Source: Candidatus Aenigmatarchaeota archaeon
GTDB taxonomy: Archaea; Aenigmatarchaeota; Aenigmatarchaeia; Aenigmatarchaeales; Aenigmatarchaeaceae
Assembly: GCA_043814985.1 (NCBI GenBank)
Contig: JBDRJK010000014.1
Coordinates: forward strand, 45,108 to 109,107
DNA length: 64,000 nt
Direction of reading: 5' to 3'
Shown: piece after piece, positions 1 to 10,613 of the stretch
Layout of the letters: each line of letters starts with the position of its first letter
Numbering within the stretch: the stretch's first letter is position 1
The notes under the pieces: model-generated
What the model was told of the DNA's origin: nothing
What the model saw: only the letters and a program-made list of their open reading frames with translations
Database searches by the model: none
Position numbers and translations under genes: made by a program

Positions 1-1
1 T

Positions 2-655
2 TTTACAGACGACACATTCACCATAAACATTCCAAGGCTAAAAGAAATATGCGGTTTTATTAAAAAGAACAATATTCCATTTTTTTGTTTGGGAAGGGCG
101 AATCTGGTTAACAGAGAAATTCTTCAAATGCTTAAAGAATCCGGCTGTGCGGAAATAGGATTCGGTTTTGAATCAATGTCTCCAAAGATACTAAAATATT
201 TGAAAAAGAATACTGTTACAGTAGAACAAAACAGAAATGCTGTTAGACTTTGTAAAGAAGTTGGTTTGAACCTTCAGTCTTATTTCATGATAGGCAGCCC
301 CAATGAAACAAGAGAGGATATACAAAAGACAGTTGATTTTATTGACGAAGAAAAAATAATTCCAACAATTTTCGTTACAACTCCCTATCCTGGCACAGAA
401 CTTTGGGATTGGTGCGAAGAAAACGATTTGATTCCATCAGATATAAACTGGTCAAAGGCCCTTTTTGATTACAGAAGCCAACTTCATGCATCTAATGTCC
501 TTACTAAAGAGGAAGTAACAAAAATTTTCCTTGATTTATTGGGAAAATACACTAAAAAAAGAAGTGCACTTAAAACTTTAAGGAAAATAATCCTAAGACC
601 TGAAGTTTCCCTTGAAACTATAAAAGATTACATAAAAAATAAAGTGAATATATGA
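2..655 (+). CDS. B12-binding radical SAM protein, C-terminal part (5' end outside window)
   Basis: Frame open from nt 2 (FTDDTFT...); GFES and FMIGSPNET motifs of class B radical SAM C-terminal half. Confidence 0.85.
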   Translation, partial: FTDDTFTINIPRLKEICGFIKKNNIPFFCLGRANLVNREILQMLKESGCAEIGFGFESMSPKILKYLKKNTVTVEQNRNAVRLCKEVGLNLQSYFMIGSPNETREDIQKTVDFIDEEKIIPTIFVTTPYPGTELWDWCEENDLIPSDINWSKALFDYRSQLHASNVLTKEEVTKIFLDLLGKYTKKRSALKTLRKIILRPEVSLETIKDYIKNKVNI

Positions 656-1953
656 TCACTCTTGTCTATCCAAGAACGCCCCAAACAATGAAAAGTGGTG
701 GGAAATCCTGCCCTTTGGGCATTCAATACCTAGCTTCCTATCTGATAGACAATGGAATAAAAACCAACGTTATTGATTTCACATTTACAGATTGGAATGA
801 ATATGAAAACAAATTAAAAGAGCTGAACTCCGAATTCATTGGCTTTTCAATACAAACACCAATAGCAGAGGATGGATTAAGGGCTGTAGAGATTGCAAGA
901 AAGGTTTCTCCCAATTCTAAGATAATAGTTGGAGGAGCACATGCTACAGTTGCAACAAAAAGTTTGCTGGAAAATGAAAATATAGATTTTGTTGTGGTAG
1001 GAGAAGGGGAAAAGGCTCTCCTGAAAATAGTTTCTGGGCAAGCAAGTGGGAAAATAGTTCAGGGGGAGCACATTGAAAATCTGGATGAACTGCCTTTTCC
1101 AAAAAGAGAATTGATGAATTATGAAGAATATTTGAAAATAGGCCGTTCTATGGAACTAATGGTTTCAAGAGGATGTCCCTTTAACTGCATATTTTGCCAG
1201 CCAACACAGAGAAAACTATTTGGCAATAAGGTAAGGACAAGAAGCCCTGAGAATGTCATAGAAGAAATAAAATACATAATAGAAAAATATGGTAAAAACT
1301 TTATTTTTTTCTTTCTTGACGACACATTTACATGGAATGAGGAATGGCTTGAAAAATTCTGCAATATGGTAAAGCCTTTCAAAATAAGTTGGTCATGTTT
1401 GACTAGGGTAAACAGCGTGGATGAAAAGAAACTTAAAATGATGAAGGGGTCAGGCTGCATTTACATAGCCTATGGTATAGAATCTGGCTCCCAAAAAATT
1501 TTGAACTTCATGCGTAAAGGTATAACTGTAGAACAAATAAAGGAAGCATTTAAATTGACACATAAGACAGGGATTCTATGTTACGCATTCATTATAATAG
1601 GAACTCCTACGGAAACAAAAGAAGACCTTGAAATGACAGTTGATTTGATAAAGGAAATACATCCAGACGGTATACAAATAAGCATAATGACCCCCCTAAT
1701 AGGCACAGACTTGGATAATTATTGCTCTGAAAGGAAAATAGGAAATATAAAAAATCTTTCAGATTATCATTACTCTATGAACAATTACCCTATAAAGTTG
1801 GAAAACCTTACAAAAGAGGACATATCATTTTATAAGAAAAAAATATTTAATGTTTCAAAATCAAAAAAATATAAAAACTATCCCAAATATATCAAGATGG
1901 CTTTGTTTAATAGGAAAATGTTATTTTTATTTTTAAAGAAGGATAGAATATAA
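652..1953 (+). CDS. B12-binding domain radical SAM protein
   Basis: PLGIQYLASYL, GGAHAT, GEGE B12-binding motifs; SRGCPFNCIFC CxxxCxxC; DDTF; GIESGS. Confidence 0.92.
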   Translation: MITLVYPRTPQTMKSGGKSCPLGIQYLASYLIDNGIKTNVIDFTFTDWNEYENKLKELNSEFIGFSIQTPIAEDGLRAVEIARKVSPNSKIIVGGAHATVATKSLLENENIDFVVVGEGEKALLKIVSGQASGKIVQGEHIENLDELPFPKRELMNYEEYLKIGRSMELMVSRGCPFNCIFCQPTQRKLFGNKVRTRSPENVIEEIKYIIEKYGKNFIFFFLDDTFTWNEEWLEKFCNMVKPFKISWSCLTRVNSVDEKKLKMMKGSGCIYIAYGIESGSQKILNFMRKGITVEQIKEAFKLTHKTGILCYAFIIIGTPTETKEDLEMTVDLIKEIHPDGIQISIMTPLIGTDLDNYCSERKIGNIKNLSDYHYSMNNYPIKLENLTKEDISFYKKKIFNVSKSKKYKNYPKYIKMALFNRKMLFLFLKKDRI

Positions 1954-2005
1954 AAAAGTATATATATAGACTTAAAAGTGCTATTAATAGTTCAAGGCTA
2001 GTTAA

Positions 2006-2584
2006 ATGAATGTAAAAGAAAAAGCGAAAATATATTCGACTGATTACTACAAATCATTAAATAAACTGTTGAAAGAAAACGTCAAAGGTAATAAGATTTT
2101 TATAATGGGAACACATGCTGATAACGATGTCAAACAGTTTTTAGATAAAGATGTTTTGATTATAGATCCTTTCAATTCCTTTTTCAAAGAATACAAAGAG
2201 GAATTCGAAAAATTCAAAAATATAAAAATTAAGAAAATGCTTTGGGAAGATATTAATGTAAATAAGATATTTGATTGTGTAATATGTTGCGATTGTATAG
2301 AGCACTCCAAAAAACCTTACAAGATTCTGAACAAGATAACCAAATTATCAAACCGTATAATATTATCATGCCCCAATGGGTTTTGGTGGTTTAGAGACGC
2401 ACACAGATATGAGGACCATGGGCACGGTGCCCATATTTCACATTTCACTATAGGAGAGCTCAAAAAATTCTTTAAACAAAGGGGATATAAGGTTGAGATA
2501 AGAGGACTATTACATTATCCATGGCTAAGAGGAATTTTTTCTCTAGGTATATTTTTGAAGGCAGTAAAAAATGAAAAAACCTAA
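2006..2584 (+). CDS. Divergent class I SAM-dependent methyltransferase-like protein
   Basis: FDCVICCDCIEH, LSCPN, HISHFT motifs; glycine-rich motif I is poor. Confidence 0.6.
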   Translation: MNVKEKAKIYSTDYYKSLNKLLKENVKGNKIFIMGTHADNDVKQFLDKDVLIIDPFNSFFKEYKEEFEKFKNIKIKKMLWEDINVNKIFDCVICCDCIEHSKKPYKILNKITKLSNRIILSCPNGFWWFRDAHRYEDHGHGAHISHFTIGELKKFFKQRGYKVEIRGLLHYPWLRGIFSLGIFLKAVKNEKT

Positions 2585-3326
2585 AGTATCGTTGGTCGTT
2601 ACAAGCTACAATAGAAAGGACTTAATTAAGAAATGCTTAAACTCATTACTAAACTTAGACTACCCAAATAAAGAAATCCTGATAGTAGATTCAGGATCAA
2701 AAGACGGAACATTAGAAATGCTAAGAAAGGAATTCTCAAAAATAAGACTCCTAACTACGAAAAGTGATTCTTTGGTAGAGGCGCACAATCTAGGGATAAA
2801 GGAAACTAATGGGGATTATTTCATGAGGGTAGATGATGATCTTGAACTCGATAAAAATTTCGTGAAAGAACTGGTAAAACTGATGGAGAAAGATAAGAAT
2901 ATTGGGGTTTCTGGAGGAAAAATATATTATCCAAAAACAAACACAATTTGGTGTGTTGGTGGAAAGATAAACTTCCTAACTGGAATAGTTACGACTCTTG
3001 GAATAGGAGAAAAAGACAAGGGTCAATATGATTATACGAGAGAAGTTGATTATATCGGCTCTTTGATGTTCACAAGAAGAGAGATATTCGATAAGATAGG
3101 CGTTCTGGATAAGAGGTTTTCCCCACTTTGCTATGAAGACATAGATTTTTGTGTCAGGGCCAGGAAAGGGGGTTATAAAGTAGTTTACGTCCCAACTGCT
3201 GTTGCTTATCATTATAGAAAGAATAGAAAAATGAATATGATGAGAAGAATTAGAAATGTTTGGCTGATACAATATCATAAGTTAAAATTTTTAGGGAAAC
3301 ATTTTGGCGGTAAAAGTGTTGTTTAA
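2571..3326 (+). CDS. Glycosyltransferase family 2
   Basis: VSLVVTSYN, VDSGSKDGT, DDD, YEDIDFC. Confidence 0.92.
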   Translation: MKKPKVSLVVTSYNRKDLIKKCLNSLLNLDYPNKEILIVDSGSKDGTLEMLRKEFSKIRLLTTKSDSLVEAHNLGIKETNGDYFMRVDDDLELDKNFVKELVKLMEKDKNIGVSGGKIYYPKTNTIWCVGGKINFLTGIVTTLGIGEKDKGQYDYTREVDYIGSLMFTRREIFDKIGVLDKRFSPLCYEDIDFCVRARKGGYKVVYVPTAVAYHYRKNRKMNMMRRIRNVWLIQYHKLKFLGKHFGGKSVV

Positions 3327-4353
3327 CTGGCTAAGATACATTTATTGTAAAAACTCTGATAGACACCATGTTAGGTCTATAACTTTGGAAGTCACGACTA
3401 AATGTAACAATAGATGCTTAATGTGCGATATATGGAAATCCAAAGACAAAAATGACATGAAGCTTGAAGATATAGAGAAATTCTTTAAAAACTCAAAGTT
3501 AAGGGATGTCAGAAGTTTTGCCTTCATGGGTGGGGAGACATACCTTTACACCCACTTAGTTGAAGCAACTAGACTACTCAAAAAATATGTACCACATACA
3601 CGCCTTTTCACCTCTTCAAACTGTTATGCTACCGATATTGTTGTCAAAAAAGCAGTTGTGATGAATGAAATTATGCCATTATATTTCTGTGCATCATTAG
3701 ACGGTTTGGAAAAGACCCACAATCACATAAGAGGAGTAAAGGATTCCTACAAACATGTGATGAAAACAATCAAACTTCTAAAAGAAAACGGAATAGACCC
3801 CTTTGTGTCATTTACATTAGTCCCAGAAAATTACAAACAACTAGAAGAAGTTTATAAAAAGGTGAGAAAAATGGGCATTAAGAGCATGAGCTCAAGACCA
3901 GCTTCCTGTGGTGTCTATTTCGATAATTTAGACAAGAAATTTACCTTCACAGATAAACAGAAGGCAGAAATGCTCAAAGAGATGAAAAGAATAGATTATG
4001 GAGGTCATTTCCTGCTTTATGGGTCAGCGGAATTCCTCCAAGGAAGGAGAGTATTGCCTTGTGGCGCAGGCTACTTTTCTTGCTTCATAACCAAAAATTT
4101 CGATGTTTACCCTTGCACACATTGCCCCAAGGATTGGAATATGGGTAATCTAAGAAACTTTAATTTCAACCTAGAAAAACTTCTTGACTCTAAAAAAGCC
4201 AAAAAAATCAGAAGAAAGGTTGATGTATGTAATAGCTGTATTAACGATATGGAATTCTGCGCAACCTACTCTATGCAACAATTCAAAGTTGCCTCCTGGT
4301 TGTTGAGCAGAAAGCCTTTGTCATGGTTCTTTAAACAGCTATTTAAAAAATAA
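3304..4353 (+). CDS. Radical SAM protein with SPASM/twitch domain
   Basis: CNNRCLMC, MGGE, SLDG, C-terminal CGAG...VYPC...CNSC; start codon uncertain (TTG). Confidence 0.88.
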   Translation: MAVKVLFNWLRYIYCKNSDRHHVRSITLEVTTKCNNRCLMCDIWKSKDKNDMKLEDIEKFFKNSKLRDVRSFAFMGGETYLYTHLVEATRLLKKYVPHTRLFTSSNCYATDIVVKKAVVMNEIMPLYFCASLDGLEKTHNHIRGVKDSYKHVMKTIKLLKENGIDPFVSFTLVPENYKQLEEVYKKVRKMGIKSMSSRPASCGVYFDNLDKKFTFTDKQKAEMLKEMKRIDYGGHFLLYGSAEFLQGRRVLPCGAGYFSCFITKNFDVYPCTHCPKDWNMGNLRNFNFNLEKLLDSKKAKKIRRKVDVCNSCINDMEFCATYSMQQFKVASWLLSRKPLSWFFKQLFKK

Positions 4354-4401
4354 AAATCTGTTTTAGAAACATATTTAAAATTCGAACTTAAAGATGATTG
4401 T

Positions 4402-5811
4402 ATGAAAGTTTTACTCGCTAATCCTCCGGGTCCTTGGATAAGGTGTAGATGGGACATAGAACTGCCTGAGAAGAATGTAATAAAATACTTCCCATATCCT
4501 GTTAGACTGGCTTATGCTACAGGTGTGCTGAAAAAGCATGGCTATGATGCACTTATGATTGACTGCACAGCAGAAGAAATAAACAGAAGAGAGTTTATTA
4601 AAAGATTCAAAAAACTCAAGCCTAACATAATCATATGGGAGACCACAGCATCTTCTTTTGACTATGATTTGGAAACCATAAAGAAACTAAAGAAAATCAA
4701 TCCAAAGGTTCTGATAGGGGCCTCTGGTTACCATGCAACACCAACTTACAAGGAATGCCTTGAAGGCGGTTATGACTTTGTTATTGTGGGAGAATGCGAT
4801 TACAGCATTCTTGATTTTGTTAAGTGGTTTAACAAGGAAATCAAAAAATTCCCAAGGGGAGTTGCCATGAAAAGGCACAAGTTTGTTTCCAGACCTTTAA
4901 TAAAGAACATTAATGAATTGCCTTGGCCTGAGAGGGAATCCCTACCAATGAAGAAATATAATGACCCTAAGTTGCATGGTTTCAATCTAGTGATTATATC
5001 TAGCAGAGGCTGCCCGTGGGGTTGTAATTTCTGCACCTCTTCTGTCTACTATAGAAATACAAACTATAGGATGAGAGATCCGTTAAATGTTGTTGATGAG
5101 ATGGAGTATTTGTGGAACAAATACAAGCCTGACGAACTGTACTTTGACGATGACAACTTTGCAGTCAATAAGAAACATGTTAGGGATATATGCAATGATA
5201 TTTTAAAGAGAAAGTTAAAAATCAGTTGGAACTGTATGGTCGATGCGCTTATAGACTTCAAGTTAATGAAGCTGATGAAGAAGGCTGGTTGTACAGGAAT
5301 AACAATAGGTGCTGAGTCCGCAGATGATAAAGTCCTAAAACAGATGGAAGGCAAGCCAATAACAAGGGCTTACATAAAGAAATTCATCAGCTATTGCAGA
5401 AAGCTCAAGTTAAGGTCACATGTTTGTTGGGTACTTGGGATGAAGGGATCTTCAAAAGAAAGCGACATGGACACTATTAAATTTGCTATTGAATTAAACT
5501 CTGATACGCTGCAATTCGCCATTTGCGTGCCGTTTGTTGGCACAAGACTCTATAAGTGGTGCTCTGATAAGGGCTATCTTGCAGGCTCATGGAGAGACAT
5601 AAAAGGCAACAGCAGAGGCATTGTGAGCTATCCAAACTATTCCCATGAAGAAATTGAGGACATGCTGAAATACGCCTTCAAGATGTGGCACAGGAAGATG
5701 CTCTTCAAAAGGCCGGACATCATAATATTCCATTTTTACAACCTGTACAAATACCAGGGATTCGGGGAAGTAATTAAGGTTTCTTTAAAAAACTTAAAGG
5801 AAATATTTTAA
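4402..5811 (+). CDS. B12-binding radical SAM protein, HpnJ-like
   Basis: NPP...CRW...YFPYPVRLAY N-terminus, SRGCPWGCNFC, DDDNF, GAES. Confidence 0.88.
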   Translation: MKVLLANPPGPWIRCRWDIELPEKNVIKYFPYPVRLAYATGVLKKHGYDALMIDCTAEEINRREFIKRFKKLKPNIIIWETTASSFDYDLETIKKLKKINPKVLIGASGYHATPTYKECLEGGYDFVIVGECDYSILDFVKWFNKEIKKFPRGVAMKRHKFVSRPLIKNINELPWPERESLPMKKYNDPKLHGFNLVIISSRGCPWGCNFCTSSVYYRNTNYRMRDPLNVVDEMEYLWNKYKPDELYFDDDNFAVNKKHVRDICNDILKRKLKISWNCMVDALIDFKLMKLMKKAGCTGITIGAESADDKVLKQMEGKPITRAYIKKFISYCRKLKLRSHVCWVLGMKGSSKESDMDTIKFAIELNSDTLQFAICVPFVGTRLYKWCSDKGYLAGSWRDIKGNSRGIVSYPNYSHEEIEDMLKYAFKMWHRKMLFKRPDIIIFHFYNLYKYQGFGEVIKVSLKNLKEIF

Positions 5812-5827
5812 TTGGGTTGAGAGGCTT

Positions 5828-6469
5828 ATGCCAAAGGTTTCAGTAGTTTCAATAGCAAAGAGAGAAAGAGAACTGGACCAATTGAAGAAGGCTCTCAGAA
5901 AGCAGACATACAAGAACTTTGAGTTCGTCTTTTCTACAAAAAGGGGCATACCAAATGCCTGGAACGATGCTATAGGAAGGGCTAAAGGAGATATTATAAT
6001 CATTACTGAGTCAGACTGCCTTCCTCTCAACAACAAATGGCTTGAAGAAATGGTAAGGGCCATTAAGAAAACTGACAAGAAAACACTAATAAGGGGAGTA
6101 GAAATACAACCAACTCCCTGGTGCTGGTCTAACATAGGATGCCATGCTTCTGTTCTCAAGGACAATCCTCTTGATGAGTGTTATCCTGTTGGTGAGGACA
6201 CTGAACTGTTCGCAAGGCTCAAGAAGAAAGGCTACAAAAACATCGAGCTTCCAATAGCGCCTGTGATACACTTCAAGAAATACAAAGGCTTCTCAAGAAC
6301 AGTGAAGGACTACTATACCTATGGAATTCTGCTTTCTAAGATAAGAAGAAAGTACGGCTTTGTAGGTTTTGAAAAGAGCACAGACAAGTCATCTTTCTTG
6401 AAAAAAGAATTAACCATAATATTTTCTAGGATTTCATATATTATTGGAATAATCAGGGGCATGATATGA
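5828..6469 (+). CDS. Glycosyltransferase family 2
   Basis: KVSVV, NDAIGRAKGDII, ESDC, GEDTEL. Confidence 0.8.
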   Translation: MPKVSVVSIAKRERELDQLKKALRKQTYKNFEFVFSTKRGIPNAWNDAIGRAKGDIIIITESDCLPLNNKWLEEMVRAIKKTDKKTLIRGVEIQPTPWCWSNIGCHASVLKDNPLDECYPVGEDTELFARLKKKGYKNIELPIAPVIHFKKYKGFSRTVKDYYTYGILLSKIRRKYGFVGFEKSTDKSSFLKKELTIIFSRISYIIGIIRGMI

Positions 6470-6499
6470 TAGAAACTACATACTACAAGGGAAAAAATC

Positions 6500-7441
6500 A
6501 TGAATAGGGTAAAAATAAGTTTTCTAATTACGGCATTGAACGAGGAAAAGACAATAGGGAAGGTTCTTGATAATCTGGCAAGATTGAAAAAAGTTGAGCC
6601 TAACATAGAAGTTCTGGCTGCTATTGACGGGTCAACAGACAGGACAGAGGAAATAATGAAAAGATACAGATTTGTCAAGATTCTTATCCGCGGTCCTCGC
6701 AGGGGAAAGGACGTTTCAGTTCACAAGTTAACACAGGCTGCAAAGGGTGGAATATTAGTTATCCACGATTCAGATTGGATATTTAGGTGGAACAAGAAAT
6801 CAATCAAAAAAATGATAAAATTCTTCAAGGAAAATCCTGATGTAGGCGGTTATGTCCAAAGCTTCTTTAACAGGAGAGAGGATTATCTGAATGATCCAGC
6901 GCCATTTACTGTGAAGATTGGTTTTATAGGAGAGTCAGTAGCTTCTAACTTGATAAGAGGTTTTGCCAGAAAGCATCATGAGAAGTGTAAAAGATTGGAG
7001 GATTTGATTTTCACACCCCTGGTTTTTATCATGAGGGGTGGGATAATTTCAAAAAAGACAAGATTAAACAAGAAGGAAATAGGAGACGAAATGAAAAGAA
7101 CGCATGAAATAATGAAGAAAGGATACAGGATAGTTTACACAGATACTGAATTGCCGTATTTTGAAATTTTATACAAGAAAACAAGCTTCAATGATTTGGT
7201 AAGTCAAAGAACCAGGGGCTTCCTCCTTAACAGCTTCCAACCTAAAATCTACGGTTGGAATGTCACAAAATATTATTTTCTGATAGTTACACATTTCATA
7301 AAGAATTACTTTAAACTCAGCCCAATAGAAATGATAGGACTAGATGTTTGGATTTTATCGGCTATGATATCATATATAAAAGTTAAAACAGGATTAGTAA
7401 AAGATAAAAAACCCTGGTCATACAGAGTAAAAAGACGATGA
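6500..7441 (+). CDS. Glycosyltransferase family 2 with C-terminal membrane segment
   Basis: ITALNEE, IDGSTDRT, HDSD, QRTR. Confidence 0.85.
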   Translation: MNRVKISFLITALNEEKTIGKVLDNLARLKKVEPNIEVLAAIDGSTDRTEEIMKRYRFVKILIRGPRRGKDVSVHKLTQAAKGGILVIHDSDWIFRWNKKSIKKMIKFFKENPDVGGYVQSFFNRREDYLNDPAPFTVKIGFIGESVASNLIRGFARKHHEKCKRLEDLIFTPLVFIMRGGIISKKTRLNKKEIGDEMKRTHEIMKKGYRIVYTDTELPYFEILYKKTSFNDLVSQRTRGFLLNSFQPKIYGWNVTKYYFLIVTHFIKNYFKLSPIEMIGLDVWILSAMISYIKVKTGLVKDKKPWSYRVKRR

Positions 7442-8100
7442 TTACTAAAAAATTAAGTTCTATGTCTGATAAAATGAAAAGAAAAAAAACCGTAGAGAAA
7501 GAATTTGACGATTTATGGAAGGAAACAAAATCAGTTTCATTTCTGGGAGGAATAATTTTCTATATATCTGAGAGGGCAGCAATGAAGTCGATAGGCTTCA
7601 TCAGCAGAAAATCCAAGGTTGTAGATGTTGGTTGTGCTACAGGAAGAACCCTCCTTCTTTTTAGAAAATACGGCTTTTCAGACAGCATTGGAATAGACAT
7701 ATCAAAAGAGAGCCTGAAAATATGCAATTCAGAGGGTCTTGAGACAGGCAAGGATGTTTTTCTCATGGATGCCAAACGCATGAAATTCAAGAAAAGGTCC
7801 TTTGACTTGGTATTTGCAGAGGGACTTCTTGAGCACTTTGAAAACTTCCAGCCCTTTGTTGACGAGATGTGCAGGATAAGCAAGAAATATGTTATGGTAA
7901 TACAACCTAATGCGTTCTCTTACTGGCATCATATAGAAAATTTTTACTGGAAATTTTTCCCAAGGGACCATGTAGAGCAGCTGGCATATAGCTTGGATGA
8001 TTTCAACAAAGCCTTTATGAAGAACAACTTCAAACTTAAAAAGGTTAAAAACTTAATTTTAAATTCAGGTTGGTCAATACTTTACGAAAGAAAAAAGTGA
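7438..8100 (+). CDS. Class I SAM-dependent methyltransferase
   Basis: VDVGCATG motif I, GIDIS, FDLVFAEGLLEH; true start may be a downstream ATG. Confidence 0.9.
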   Translation: MITKKLSSMSDKMKRKKTVEKEFDDLWKETKSVSFLGGIIFYISERAAMKSIGFISRKSKVVDVGCATGRTLLLFRKYGFSDSIGIDISKESLKICNSEGLETGKDVFLMDAKRMKFKKRSFDLVFAEGLLEHFENFQPFVDEMCRISKKYVMVIQPNAFSYWHHIENFYWKFFPRDHVEQLAYSLDDFNKAFMKNNFKLKKVKNLILNSGWSILYERKK

Positions 8101-8104
8101 TTTA

Positions 8105-9598
8105 ATGCCAGAAGAACAATACAAAAAATACGAGTTTTTATTCATTCTATCCATTTTTATTATTGGATTTTTATTCATTTATCTAGCTTCCAATACACCG
8201 ATGCTGGGAGAAGACGAAGCCGGTTATGTAAGCTTAGCAAAGGAGTTCATGGGCTTAGAATATGAAAAAAGCATTTATGCAATTGCACCACTGGCTTCAC
8301 TTCTTTATGTTCCATTTTTCACTATTTTTGGTCCCTCATTAGGCCTTGCAAAGGCTATAATAGCCTTTTTCGGAATCTTAACAATAATTATGGTATATCT
8401 GTTTTGTAAAAAACTAAACCCAGCATCGTTTTATGGCATCAATATATGCGGTTTGGCATCAATAGCAATCCTTTTGACGATATTCTACTTCCCACATTTC
8501 ATGATGCTATCATATACAGAAATTCCGATAGCATTCTTTTCAATTCTTTTTGTCTATCTTTTACTGGACTTAAAGACGATTAAGGGTGCCGTCCTTGTAG
8601 GAATTATAATGGGTTTATCGTTTTATCTTAAATCTAGTTCTTTAATATTTCCAATTACAATATTTCTATTTTCTTTGATAAAATACATTCTGAAAAAAGA
8701 CAAAGAATTTTTCAAACTGTCTATAATATCAATTTTCATATTTAGTCTTTTAATGTTACCTTTCATTATAAGAAACATAATTCTATTCAACTATCCATTT
8801 GTAGAAGGTTTTAATATTTTCTTTGAAATGCCCAGAGTTATAGAACCAACTTGGGCTTCAGCCGAAGCAGCCAAACTTATATCAATTCCAGTAAACCTTT
8901 TCAACGTTTTCGGGTTTGTGCCCCTTTTCTTTTGTATTATTGGTATGATTTATTCATGGCAAACAAAAAATAAGAAAATAATCCCATCCATATTTCTATT
9001 TTTACTTTTTATTCTCGTTTTTTATTTTAGAAACATTCTTGGAATCGCCATCGGCGATCCTAGGTATCTTTCCATCATATTTCCACAAATAGCTGTATTA
9101 GGGGGCTTTTACATAAGCCAAGTTGCAAAAATGAAGAAATACATTTCATTACTGGTGGTTGTGTTTTTCATTTACGCCCTTTCAACTAGCATAACAGTTG
9201 CGCTTTCCACATCTCAATCTACAAGATACCCTGATAATTATATACAGGCATTGAGATGGGTAAAACAAAATACAAATGAAGATGATTTGATATTCACTGC
9301 TTATAGTGGTAGTCTAGCATACTATGGGGAAAGACAAAATGTCTGGGCAGTATCAATGGATGAGTTTCCGGATTTGATGCATTCTACCAATTCCACTCAA
9401 ATATACAAGACACTGAAAGAATATGGTATATCTTATATTTTGATATGGAGAGGTATTCTCTCGGATGACTGGATAATACCGGAAAGCAACATAATAGGTG
9501 TTTTCACCTACAACTTCGCTATCCAGGTTGATGGCGACAAAGAAAATTTCGAGATGGTTTACTCTAACCAGGATAACTTTATTTATAAATTACTGTAG
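8105..9598 (+). CDS. GT-C (ArnT/PMT-like) membrane glycosyltransferase
   Basis: DE motif after TM1 (GEDEAGY), many TM helices, DPRY, C-terminal soluble domain. Confidence 0.8.
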   Translation: MPEEQYKKYEFLFILSIFIIGFLFIYLASNTPMLGEDEAGYVSLAKEFMGLEYEKSIYAIAPLASLLYVPFFTIFGPSLGLAKAIIAFFGILTIIMVYLFCKKLNPASFYGINICGLASIAILLTIFYFPHFMMLSYTEIPIAFFSILFVYLLLDLKTIKGAVLVGIIMGLSFYLKSSSLIFPITIFLFSLIKYILKKDKEFFKLSIISIFIFSLLMLPFIIRNIILFNYPFVEGFNIFFEMPRVIEPTWASAEAAKLISIPVNLFNVFGFVPLFFCIIGMIYSWQTKNKKIIPSIFLFLLFILVFYFRNILGIAIGDPRYLSIIFPQIAVLGGFYISQVAKMKKYISLLVVVFFIYALSTSITVALSTSQSTRYPDNYIQALRWVKQNTNEDDLIFTAYSGSLAYYGERQNVWAVSMDEFPDLMHSTNSTQIYKTLKEYGISYILIWRGILSDDWIIPESNIIGVFTYNFAIQVDGDKENFEMVYSNQDNFIYKLL

Positions 9599-9622
9599 CT
9601 ATAAAAATTAAATGGTGATTGG

Positions 9623-9745
9623 TTGAAAGTAATTCTAATAAACCCCCAATATACCCAAGGCTATATTCACAGTACTGTGTCCAGTGGTAAGAAAATATTA
9701 TTTTCGGTTAGTATAAGGCATTATCTAAGTGAAAAATATGCCTAG
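9623..9745 (+). pseudogene. Orphaned 5' stub of the HpnJ-like radical SAM gene
   Basis: GGTGA SD at 9614-9618, TTG start, translates MKVILINPQYTQGYIHSTVSSG..., matching MVKILAVNPQFTPDYIHS...SLSG at 10591. Confidence 0.75.
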
Positions 9746-10613
9746 AGGAGTTTATTTGAGAAATGAAAAACATTTGAAACTGTTAGAAGTTGCAAGATCT
9801 GAAATAAAAGTTCCACCTTTCTTAGGCAAACATCATTCTGATGAAACTAAATTAAAGATTAGCCAAAGATTGAAAGGTAGTCAGGTTTGGAACAAAGGCA
9901 AAAAATTGCCATACGACGTTTGGAATAAGGGTATGACAAAAGAAACGAATAAGAAGTTAAAAATTATTGGTCAAAAGATATCAATTTCCAATAAAGGTAG
10001 AAAGGTTTGGAATAAAGGAAAGGAAAATAAAGAATTGAAACAAAGATGGCAGAATCCAGAATTTAGAAAAATTATGATAGAAATTTCGAAAGATATTATG
10101 AAGAAAAACTGGAATAATCCAGTATACATAGAAAAAATGGAGAAATTGAGAACTTTTTTCAAAAGAAAAAGAAATGTTCAAGAAATAGAGCGATTAAGGA
10201 ACATTTCAAATAATAGATTAGGAAGTAAAAATTCTGTTGAACAGAATAAGAAGATTAGTGAAGCACGTTTAAGACAGAAGATACCGCATAAGGATACTTA
10301 TCCTGAAATGTTAGTTCAAAAATGCCTAGCAGAAAGGAATATTAATTTCACTACTCATTATTCAATTCTTGGCCAACCAGATATTTTTATAAAACCGAAC
10401 ATTTGTGTGTTTATTGATGGTTGTTATTGGCATGGATGTCCAGTTCATTTTCCTGAAAAGATCAATACTAATGATATAAAGATATCTGAAGCTCTAAGAA
10501 AGCAGGGTTATACGGTTATAAGAATTTGGGAACATGAAATCAAAAATAATACTACTAAATGTATAAATAAAATTATGGAGTCAATCGAAAATGGTCAAGA
10601 TATTAGCCGTTAA
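9738..10613 (+). mobile_element. Free-standing NUMOD3 + Vsr-like putative homing endonuclease
   Basis: FLGKHHSDETKLKIS NUMOD3, repeated VWNKG, PDIF...FIDGCYWHGC...IRIWEHE Vsr-like domain; AT-richer than downstream gene; ATG 9738 preferred over GTG 9729. Confidence 0.85.
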